Positions 53,317 to 64,000 of a stretch of 64,000 nucleotides of DNA are shown here, one piece after another. The stretch is from Geosiphon pyriformis uo1. Taxonomy: Eukaryota > Fungi > Glomeromycota. Where the stretch lies: positions 344,203-408,202 of the forward strand of contig JAAOMT010000727.1 in the NCBI GenBank assembly GCA_016748015.1, given 5' to 3'. Position numbers and translations under genes: made by a program. Below the pieces are notes generated by a model. The model was not told the DNA's origin. It saw only the letters and a program-made list of their open reading frames with translations, and searched no databases. Numbering within the stretch: position 1 is the first letter of the stretch; every line of letters begins with the position of its first letter.

Positions 53317-54032
53317 NNNNNNNNNNNNNNNNNNNNNNNNNNNNNNNNNNNNNNNNNNNNNNNNNNNNNNNNNNNNNNNNNNNNNNNNNNNNNNNNNNNN
53401 NNNNNGTCATTAACAGTTTACTGAAATTGGTAGCTAATCAATTTCAAAATGTTAGTTGGGTTTTGGGGATTTTCCAAGTGCAATAATTAAAGAATTTGGT
53501 TTTTCAAATTATTTGATATTTATTTCTTTTTGTGTGTATAAGAATGGTTCTAAGTGATAAATCTAAAGTAAGATATATTTTCTTGAAGAAAAAAGCTCTT
53601 CTTTTATACAACTTGTTGTAGTACTAGTCTATGAACTTGCACTTTTTTTCTTTGCTCAAATTTTGGCAAACTAAAGATACATTTTGATGAACTACAAGTT
53701 ATTTCGCTGAACTATTGATTAATTTGGATGAACTATTCATAATTTTAGCAAATTTCTATAAATTTCGGCGAATTTCATATAAATTTCGGCGAATTTCTGT
53801 AAATTTCGGCGAATTTTTAGAATGTTACAAAGTTCAGGGTATTGTGTAATTTGATCATCTTACTTTCTGTTGTACTAATTGGATTATTAATTGAATCGTG
53901 ATATGTGATAAATTGATTAAATAATAAGTGATAATTTGGATTAATATTAACATGTTAATTACTGATAGGAATTATAAGGATAATTTCATGCTAATTAATA
54001 GCTAAAATTCTACTGGTAACATAACCTCCTCC

Positions 54033-54708
54033 TTAAGACTGAGCTCTGTCAAAGTCCAAGCACTACTGTAATGTCAAGATAGTGGTCCAAGATGATTGAA
54101 GTAATTTGCTCTGAAAATTGTTGAAATTTCAGTTCTGTGAGCTTTCCAATGTATTGTATTTTCAATGGTTGAAGTATTGGGCTTTGTAGGACGTTTTCAC
54201 AAGTATTAAACAAGTCATAGAGTCTAAGAGCTGCTTTAAGTTTGTAGCGAGTGTTTGTTAATCCAGCTGCTGTCTTGAATTCATTGTGAATTTGTTTTTG
54301 TATGGCTTCTGGGGTGGTATTTGTTGCTTCAAGTTCTAGTTTTCGTTTATAAAGTATTTTTCCAATGCAGAAATATTTAAATATAAGGGTATGTTCATTG
54401 TTCTATTCATTAAGTAATAGTAGAAGTTTTTGTTGTATTGTGGCATTTGGTGGAATGTCAATAGAGGCAGATAAAAAGTTTTCTTTTAGTGCCTGTTTCA
54501 AAAGTTCTGGTAACCTATTTTCAGAGTGATTTCTTGTTTTTCTTCTATAGGGGTGATAGTTCTGTGAATGATTTGCTACTGGGGCTGTGGTTTCTTTCTG
54601 AATGTAATTAATTTGACTTCCATTAATCATTATGAATAAGTCAGGAAGTGTTTTCAAGGCTAATATTAACTTTTGGGATATTTGTTGAATATTTTGAGAA
54701 ATAATCAT
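54033..54708 (-). pseudogene. ORF3 of family C
   Basis: MIISQNIQQ..LPDLFIMINGSQINY..KAALRLYDLF..IGKLTELKFQQF..LDFDRAQS-stop. Confidence 0.7.
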
Positions 54709-55163
54709 GATAAAATTGACTAATTATGAAAAAGAAAAATAAAGAAAATTATTTTTGAATATGGGGTTTTTATTTGTTTTTGGGTTTGGGTGTTTTGTAA
54801 TTATTTATTATTTTTGTCTTTGTGTTTTTATTAGAAAATTATTGTAAAATTTAAGTATTCAAGTTTGGTTGTTGTTCTATTATAATTATTGGTTCTAAAT
54901 TTCGGGAAATATCTTCAGGATTAATTAAAGGGGAATGTGTACCAATTTGTGGAATTAATGGTTCAGGATTGTTTCTGGAATGATAGTGTTTCAATCTGTC
55001 TCCATGTGCAACTTTTGCTAGTATTTTGTCATCAAGTCTTAACTTGTATAATCNNNNNNNNNNNNNNNNNNNNATGGGGTTTTTATTTGTTTTTGGGTTT
55101 GGGTGTTTTGTAATTATTTATTATTTTTGTCTTTGTGTTTTTATTAGAAAATTATTGTAAAAT

Positions 55164-56549
55164 TTAAGTATTCAAGTTTGGTTGTTGTTCTATTATAATT
55201 ATTGGTTCTAAATTTCGGGAAATATCTTCAGGATTAATTAAAGGGGAATGTGTACCAATTTGTGGAATTAATGGTTCAGGATTGTTTCTGGAATGATAGT
55301 GTTTCAATCTGTCTCCATGTGCAACTTTTGCTAGTATTTTGTCATCAAGTCTTAACTTGTATAATCTATTGCCTAGAATTTCGTAAATATAAAATGGTCT
55401 ATCCCATTTGTTTTCAAATTTCTCACTCCATTGTTTTTCAGCCTTAGTTTTATGTAAGAAAACTTTATTTTCAACTTTAAATTCATTGGTAATGGATGGT
55501 AATTTGTTGTCATGTTTTTCTTTTTGTTAAGTTTGAGAATGTTCAATATGAGTTGTTGCTATTCTTTTTTTTTCTTCCAGTGTACTAAAAAGAGTGTAGG
55601 CTCTTCTTTGGAGTGTTTCTTGAAAGTTTTCTTCATTGATTGGTTGCACTGGGTATGTTTTCACTGTGAAATTAATTGGTAATGTTGCTGTTTTTCTATA
55701 AATAAGATCAAATAGTATGTGTTTTGTAGTATCTTGTTTTAGTGTTCTGTATGCTAGTAACACTAATGGAATAAAGATATCCCATTTCTGTTCAAAGTCT
55801 GTTGAGATTTTGGCTAGAGATTTACACAATGTTCTGTTGAAACATTCTACAAGTTTATTTGTTTGAGGGTAATAAAGTGATGATAAAGATCTTTTGACAT
55901 TGAATCGTTCACAAATTTCTTGTATCAAGTTGTTCACAAAATGTGTTTCTTGATCAGATAAGAGTTCAATTGGGCATTCATGTCTACAAATAATGTCTTC
56001 ATAGATGAAATTTGCTACTGATTTTGCATCTGCTCTTTGGATGGCTCTAGTTTCAAGCCATTTGGTGAGATAATCTATTGCAACTGCAATATAACAATTT
56101 CCTTGAGTTGTGATAGGTAATGGTTCGACTAAATCAATTCTAACTCTGTCAAAAGGTTGTCCAACTTTGATTGGATTTAAAGATTCTGTGGGGCGAGTTC
56201 CTTCTCTTCTTTGACAACTATCACAAGATTCTACATATTGTTGAATGTCTTTTTGCATGTGAGGCCAAAAATAATGTTCAAGAGTTCTTTGGATTGTTTC
56301 ATCTCTTTCCAAGTATGCTAAAGAAGGATCTATGTGCATGTTGTATAGAATTGTTTTTTTTTTATTTTCCTGTACTAATCTGAGTGGTTGGTTTGAGTTT
56401 TTACAATTTTTGTAATAGATTTTGTTGTGGTGTATAAAATATTGTTTAGATTGGTGTTGTAATCAATGTTTTTCACTTGGAGACCAATTTTCTGGCATGG
56501 TGAGAGTTTCTAAATAGTTTTTGATGTTGTTGTAGTTTTCTGGATTCAT
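55164..56549 (-). pseudogene. Separate integrase ORF of family C
   Basis: ATG at 56549 (MNPENY); CDSCQR, IDLV, SDQETHF, QTNKLVECFNRTL, ends LEPIIIIEQQPNLNT-stop. Confidence 0.9.
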
Positions 56550-56616
56550 TGTGGTTAATTTTGTTGTTTGTTCTGCTGTTAAGTTTGTTGGTGTTTTGTT
56601 GGTGTTGATGTTGGTA

Positions 56617-57900
56617 TTAATATTGTCTCATTCTTGAAAGGCTATTAACATTGGTGTGTAGTTTTTCTGGTTTGTGATGTACAATGTATCTGTAGTCTGC
56701 TAGAAAGTTATTCCATTGAGACTGTTTGGCACTTTGTTCAGTTTTTTTTTTATTAAGCCATTTGAGGCCAATATTGTCAGTTATTATGTCAAATTCTTTT
56801 CCATTTTTTAGGTATTGTTGAAAGTGTTTGAGAGCCCAGATGACTGCAGTGGCTTCCAATTCAGTTGAGCCATATTTAAGTTCTGTTGGCTTGAGTGTTC
56901 TGCTGGCATAGGTGATAACTTGTTCCTGGCCATTTTCATCCAATTGTAATAAGATGGCACCAAATGCTATGTGTGAAGCATCAGTGGCTAATTGGAATTG
57001 TTTGTTGAAGTCTGGGTAAACAAGAACTGGGGCTGTTGTCAATTTTGTTTTGAGAGTTTCAAAAGCTTTTTGTTGTTTTTCAGTCCATTTGTATGACATA
57101 TTTTTGTTGATAAGATAATTGAGTGGTTTGGCAATTTCTGAGAATTTTTTTATGAATTTTTGATAGTAAGAGGCTAATCCTACAAATCCTCATAGTTCTG
57201 TGGTATTTCTGGAAATTTGAAAGTTTTTGACAGCACTGATTGTTCCTGGGTTTGGTTTGATTCCATTTTTACTAACTATGTGTCCAAGAAAGATCAAGCT
57301 TGTTTTTTCAAAGTGACATTTTTCAATGTTTAACTTCAATCCTGCTTTCCATAATCATTGAAAAACTTCTCACAGGTGGATAAGATAAGTCTCAAAGCTT
57401 AGTGAATATACATCAGTGTCATTAAGATAGACAACTACTAATTGCCACAAGAGTTCTTCATATACAACATCCATGAGTCGCTGGAATGTTGCTGGTGCAT
57501 TGCAGAGTTCAAAAGGCATAATATTGAACTCGTAGTTTTCTTCCTGGATAGTAAATGCTGTTTTGGGTTAGTCTTTTGGGTCTATTTCGACTTGCCAGTA
57601 TCCACTTTCTAAGTCTAAAGTTGAGAAGAACTTGGCTTTTCCTAGAGCATTTAGCATGTCATCAATTCTTAGAAGAGGGTAGACATCTCCAATTGTAATA
57701 CTATTTAGTTGTCTATAATCAATACAGAATCTGATTTTTCCGTTTTTTTTTTAACTAAAACTACTAGTGAGGCCCAAGGACTTCTTGATGGTTGAATCAA
57801 TCCGTTATTGAGCATTCTTTGGACTTCTTTTCTAATGAATTGGTGGCTGGCAGATGGCACTCAATAAACTTGTTGATGTTTTGGTAGAGCATCTCTTGTA
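56617..57900 (-). pseudogene. RT + RNase H of family C
   Basis: FCIDYRQLN, YLND, TDAS, ELEA, TDN, NVNSLSRMRQY-stop. Confidence 0.92.
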
Positions 57901-58439
57901 TAGATCTGATGTTGAACAATATCCGTTTTTCCCAAGTTATTGTTGTCTTTTGCAAATATATCTGCAAATTCAGCTATCAATTGTTTCAATTGTCTTTGTT
58001 GTTAAGGTTTTAAAGGATCCATGTTGATTCAAGAGAGTTTTTCTTTCAAAAGATGGTAGTTTTCAGTGGTGGGAATGAAATTTGGATTTGGGAGTAGAGT
58101 GTGTCTTACAATTTCAATAAAATTAGAGACAATTTAAGAGTTTTCATCTTGAAAAATATTGCTGTGTATAATTCCAATCTTTAATTTGTTTAATAAGACA
58201 ATAAGGTAATTATTGGGGTTGTAGAATGTAACTTGAAATTTTTTCATTCCTTTGGGAATATAAACGTTTGGAATTAAGATTTCATGCTTCAAACAGATTT
58301 GTTCATTGGATTCAAGTTTTGAGCAAGTGTAAATTTTGTGATGTTCTCCAAAAGATGAAATGGTAATTGGTTGGAAAAGTTGAAGAATCTGGTAAGATTC
58401 ATTCTGTATATTAAGAGCTATGTTTATTGGAACTGTAAA

Positions 58440-58840
58440 TCGTCCAGTTGAACCAAAACCTTGTATTTCCCTTTCACTTTTTCCCAATTGTTCTCTGTTG
58501 TTAACTGATTGTAGACCCGAAATATTGATTAAGAGTAGGTAAATTGCTTGAGCGATTTTTTCAGCATGTTTAATCTTGAATAATTTGTCTGTTTCATTCT
58601 GCAACATGATAGTAATGTCTCTAGTGTATCCTGCATCTATAACTCCTCTTCTAATATTGATTCCTTTGCTTGCCAATAATTATCTGGAAGCAATTTGAAC
58701 CATTGCTCCTAGTGGTATTTCAAGAGCAATTTTGAAATTGATTTTTGTCAAAGACTTTGATTGGAAAACCAAAGTATCTTTTCCTCGATATTTTAGATCA
58801 TATCTAGCATCAATTTCGTGTGCTTTTTCTGGTCTGATTC
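58440..58840 (-). pseudogene. dUTPase of family C
   Basis: HEIDARYDL, GVIDAGY, EKIAQAIY, QGFGSTG. Confidence 0.9.
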
Positions 58841-59954
58841 CTTGGCCATGATTGTCAAAATATTTAAGTTATAGAGGTGGTTGCTTTTTAAGAAAATAGA
58901 TGGAGGTAGTTGGTAGTTCTTTTACTAGTTCAGATACTCCAAATTCGATTTTATTTTCATTATTCTCATCTGGCAGAGGAATGCTAAGAGCATAACATTC
59001 TAAACACCATTGGTCATTACAAGGCATAACACATTCTTCACACAATTGAATGTTCATTTGCTCTAATTGTTGAATTTGAGCATCTTTGGTCAGATATGTG
59101 TGGCTTGCAATTTGGTGGTAGGTTTCTACTTCATCTTTATAATCAAATCCAGCTAATTTTATAGTATACTCAATATATTTAGCTTCTTTCATTTGGTAGA
59201 CATCTTCTTGGGTGGCTCTATTGATTAATGCCATTGCTAGATCAAAAATTATTTTAGCATTATGAGGGTAGTGGTAAAGTTTATTGAGAGCACTGTTGTA
59301 TGTTGCATCAAATAGTGTTCCTCTTCTGACTTTTTCCGAAATTGATAGAGCATATTGACAGATCTGATCACATACTTCTTCTCTTATTGTTACATCAATC
59401 CAATTGCATTCTTCTGGTAGCATATCTCCACATGTGAAACAAGATGTGTTGTCCCATTTTCCACTTTTTTTTGGAGATCCAAATCGTTTTTTATGGCATG
59501 CTTTACAGAAGTAACAAGTGCAAGTTTCATATTTTTCTTCTAGGGAAATACAGATTCTCATAGATGAAAGCTTCTTTTTGCAATCTTTGCATTTTAATGG
59601 AATATATGGTGGTTCTTTTCATGGTTCTGGTGTGGAATATCTAACTTTCTTCTATCTTCTTGATTCTTCAAAAATCTCTTGTTTTGTTTCCTCAGCCCAA
59701 TTAGATGGTGATCTAAGAGTCATGTAGGTTTCAGTAAGTGGCATTTCCTTTTTTTCTTCAAATTCAAATACTAGAGCTTTTTCTGATTATTTATTAAAGA
59801 TACCACAGGTTGCAGGTACTATAGTATATTGTCTTTGGTATGAGATTTTAAGTTCTTAAGTTTCCCAGTTCAGGTTTGCATTGGTCTTGAGAAGCCAATC
59901 ATTTCTGACTAGAGCTTGGTATTAGGGTGCATCCATAACAAGAATCTTAACTGG

Positions 59955-62900
59955 TGTTACTCATAGAATATAAGAAAATATAGTATTATTAATCAGTAGA
60001 TATTAGCCAATCAGAGGTAGACATAGTAAATATGGAATTCCAGGATTCCTCTCAAAGGAATTGCAGGATTCTAGGAAATTCAAAATTCTCCGATGAAGAA
60101 TCGCAGAATTCCAGAATTCCAGGATTCCTCTCATCAGAAATCACAGAATTCCAGGAATTCCAAGATTCCTATCACAAGGAATTGAGAAATTGAGGAATTT
60201 CAAATAAATAATTATTCCATACTCTAAAACTTCTTTCCATTACCAACATCTTATGTTGATAATAATTCATACTTAATCACACTAGAACAATAGTTCTTGA
60301 TTATGACTATTGATGGGATACTAATCTACAAATTGTCTTGGCTTATTTCTTTATATTTCTTTATTTTCTTTATTTTCTTCTTTGATTTTGTTATTGTGCA
60401 CTAACCAATTTATTAAAAGCACTGATTACTGATGTCAAGGATTGCCTAGTAAAAGACCCCTGCAAGTGGGTAAGACATGTACAGAAGATACAGATTACTT
60501 ACTAGAGGATTGCCAGCCACCAAGCTGAGAAAAGAATTGACAGACTTGCGAGTCTGGGAAGTTACGGATAAAACAACTATTGAATTTCTGTTCATTATAC
60601 AACAGAGTCCATTAAAACTTTCAGATACAACACTTTCAAAACATCATCAATGGAAATAGCTTTTTGAACACCAAGTTATGAGTTTGTTATTAATTAAGTC
60701 ACCGAGTTAATCGAGCTGCTAGTGCCAGAATCATCATGGCTGATGGAGTGACCAAGACTTTAATTGGCGAAATTAATGACTTACCAATTGAAATTAATGG
60801 CATTATAGTCCCAATCAAAGTACTCATCATGGAAACCACCCAATACCAAGCTCTATTTAGTAATGACTGGCTGTCCAAGACAAATGCCACTTTAGACTGG
60901 AACACACAAGAGCTTCAAATTAGCCAGAACTGGCAACACATGCATGTACCAGCAACATGTGGCCACTTCAAGGCTACCAACACCATGGCACCACTAATTA
61001 ACTTTGAGGAAGAGAAACCAAAACCTACCTGGGAAGCCTACCAAGTGTTGTGAGCTAACAAAAAGCACAACGAACTGCCACCAATACTCTCTTAGGATGA
61101 CAATGGGAAAAGAAAGCAAACAAACAAACTTACTTGGGAAACTGATGATCTGACTTGGACTAACAACAAACAAGAAGAAGCCTCAAGTTGGGAATAAAAT
61201 GAAGATAAGAGAAAAGGATAAGAAAAGGAAGAAGGAATGCCACCAACTGCCACCATTTATAATTCCTACACCCACCACATTCCACAACAATCCAATTATC
61301 AATGGCCAAAGCTTGTATGCGTCAATTGCAGCAAGAAACTGTTGTCAATAAGTGTATGCTGTGGCGATGATGAAGAATACTATACTGCAACAAAGTTCTA
61401 CTGTTGTCCATGCATATTCAAATGCTTTGAACAACCAAAGAGGCAAGGAAAATGGAATAACCAATCTTGTCTTGCTTGTGGAGAGACCCTGCTAGATGAA
61501 GGGATGTGGAACAACATTTCAGGACGTGGAGGAACATGTGATGTGTCAATACACAATTCTAATAAGCGACTAGATAAGGAAAGAAACCCCAATAGAAGCA
61601 GCCTGGAGAAGAGCCATGCAGCAACTAGACAGTTGTCCACATGATGATGACAAAATTTGGAGAATGGCAATTGCCAAAATAGAAGGAGCAACACCCAAAG
61701 AGATCAGAGAGATCAAAAACAATTCCCCAGAGCCCATAGAACTTGACTGAGACCCAGAACCAGTTATAAATTTTTTAGATCTGGAGTAATTCCACAAACA
61801 TTATCAGGAGTTAACACCCACAAAGAAGGAGTAGGAGAAATGCTTGGAAGAAATAAACACCAGATTATGTGACCACTGTTTAATTCCATGTGATTTCTAA
61901 TATTGTGATGAGTGTGATCTCATCTACAATCTACCACCATACATGATCTACACAATTCCCAAGGAAGAAGAACTAACCAACAGCTGCGCATCGGAATCGG
62001 AATTAGTTTACAATCCCAATTCAAATTCTGACAACAATGATGATGAAAACACTGGTTCTAGCTTTGTGCAATATGGCAATAAAAATATCAATGATTTAGA
62101 CTCCAATCCTAACTACAAACAATACATCACCCTACCAAATCTCTCTAAAAAACAGGAGTTGAAATGGTACAGTGACAATGGTAAAGGCATCATGCCAAAA
62201 CAAGCACATGATACCAATGCAGGGTTTGACCTAAGATATCCAGGAAAAAATACTATCAAATTGAAACCACATTTGTGCACCTGCATTGATCTGGAAATCC
62301 CAGCAACAACAATGGTTCAACTAGCATCCCAGAGTAGTTTAGCAAAAAGAGAGATTAATATAAAAAGAGGAATAATTGACATGGAATATGTAGGAAATAT
62401 CATTGTCATACTACAAAATGATTCAAAAAAAGCCTATATAATACAGCCAAATGAAAAGATAGCACAGGCAATATTCTTACTGTTAGTTAAGATAGCTCAA
62501 TTAGTACCAGTAAGAAATAGAGAAAAATTAGAAATAACAGCAAGAGAGATACAGAGATTTAGGTCAACAGGTAGAATAGATGTACTAGTTAATATGGCGG
62601 AGGAAAAAATTGTTGGCCAAGGAGAAATTATCTCAACCAGTCAAGCTATTTTCATTCCACCATATAGCCAGTACATACTAGCAATAAAAAGGAAGAAAAA
62701 AAAGCAAGAACAGATTTTTGAAGCTAAAGCAAACCTTTGTGAATCAGGAGAGATTGGACTGATCAATCTCTACATACCAGCCAAAAGCTATAGCCACATA
62801 AAAATTCCCATCTACAACAACACTGGCAATGTTATTAACATACCAAAAGAAACCACCATCAGATATTTAACCACAGAAATAGAAGACCAACCACCAAACC

Positions 62901-64000
62901 CCATTTCAGACTTTCCACAACTTTGTGAATATGTCAACATCACATCACAAACAATCTATGGACGAGACAAATGTTATTTGCTCCAATCAGAACAATTGGA
63001 ACAAACAAACATGGGAAATTTAGACTCATTACAACGTATGCAGCTCAAGATGTTGCTTAACAATTTCAATGACATCTTTGCCAGCGAAAATGAGTTTGGC
63101 CAAACTGATATTATCCAGCATCAGATCAAGATTAGAGATGCAATGCCAATTAAACAAAGAGCATACAGAGTGCCACCAGCCAGTCATGAGATCATTCATC
63201 AAGAAATCAACCAGATGCTTGACAACAGGCTAATTCAACCATCAATAAGCCCATGGTTGTCACCAGTAATACTTGTCTGTAAAAAGAATAGAAAAATCCG
63301 ATTTTGTGTGGACTACAGAAAACTCAATGGTATAACTCATGGAGACAGTTATCCAACTCCATGAATACAGAAATTATTTGATGCTTTTGGTGGGAACAAA
63401 TGGTTCTCAACATTAGACTTAGACAGTAGTTACTGGCAAGTAGCCATGAATCCAGTTAACAAAAAAAAGACAGCATTCATTACTAGAGAAAAAAATTTCG
63501 AATTTGAAATGATGCTATTTGGCTTGATCAACGCTCCAGCCACTTTCCAATGGTTAATCGAAATTGTTTATATTGACTTATTGTGGAAATCAGTAGTTGT
63601 ATACTTGGATGACACCAATGTATTTTCAAAGATGTTTGATGATCATCTTTATTATCTTTAACAAGTATTCAAAAGACTAAGAAGAGCAGGACTAAAGTTA
63701 AATGCAACAAAATGCTTCTTTGGCAAGACAGAACTAAAATTCTTGAGACACATAGTCAGCAAAGACGGCATCAAAACAGATTCAGAGAAAATAGAGATAG
63801 TAAAGAACTTTTCAGTGCCAACCAATATGATAGAACTGAAATCATTCTTGGGATTTGCCAGCTACTATTGACATTTTATCAAGAACTTCTTCAAGATAGC
63901 ACAGCCACTCAACCAACTGCAAAACAAAAATACAAAATATGAATGGACAGAAAGTCAACAAGAAGCTTTTAATATTCTAAAAAGAAAGCTCATTCAAGCT
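59955..64000 (+). mobile_element. Gypsy family A copy E: LTR joined directly to mid-protease (gag deleted), Cys-rich domain, dUTPase, RT; runs off the window
   Basis: LTR 59955 to about 60695; ARIIMADG..YQALFSNDWL; dUTPase at about 62190-62575; YLDD at about 63602; closely similar to 1-2100. Confidence 0.92.

Larger units (their letters stand above)
53406..59954 (-). mobile_element. Gypsy family C element: protease end, Cys-rich domain, dUTPase, RT, RNase H, separate integrase, ORF3, PPT, 3' LTR
   Basis: LTR starts at 54021 after PPT AAGGAGGAGGTTA; interrupted at 59954 by a family A LTR. Confidence 0.93.

Noticed and set aside
54761-55362. About 290-bp direct duplication flanking the second N gap
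   Set aside because: The copies look identical and abut a 20-N gap: typical unmerged contig overlap, not biology

Overview
Eukaryotic, almost certainly fungal, repeat-rich genomic DNA. The repeat families, the dUTPase-bearing Gypsy elements and the class-3 lipase resemble Glomeromycota such as Geosiphon; this is an inference. About 85% of the window is nested, decaying retrotransposons or unclassified AT-rich relic sequence. There are three Ty3/Gypsy LTR families (called A, C and D here), including one full-length element with a 4-bp TSD at 17542-25343. There is also a young and a very old copy of one APE/RT/RNase H LINE, plus AT-rich relics. A small gene island (about 28.3-36.1 kb) holds a membrane-anchored alpha-SNAP-like gene, a secreted three-exon class-3 lipase and two probable pseudogenes. 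Main observations: (1) in all three Gypsy families pol stops right after RNase H and the integrase is a separate, out-of-frame ORF with its own ATG, followed by a conserved extra ORF3 that runs to the PPT; (2) families A and C carry a Cys-rich domain and a dUTPase between protease and RT; (3) repeats decay almost only by C>T/G>A transitions in all contexts (RIP-like); (4) an alpha-SNAP fused to an N-terminal membrane domain.
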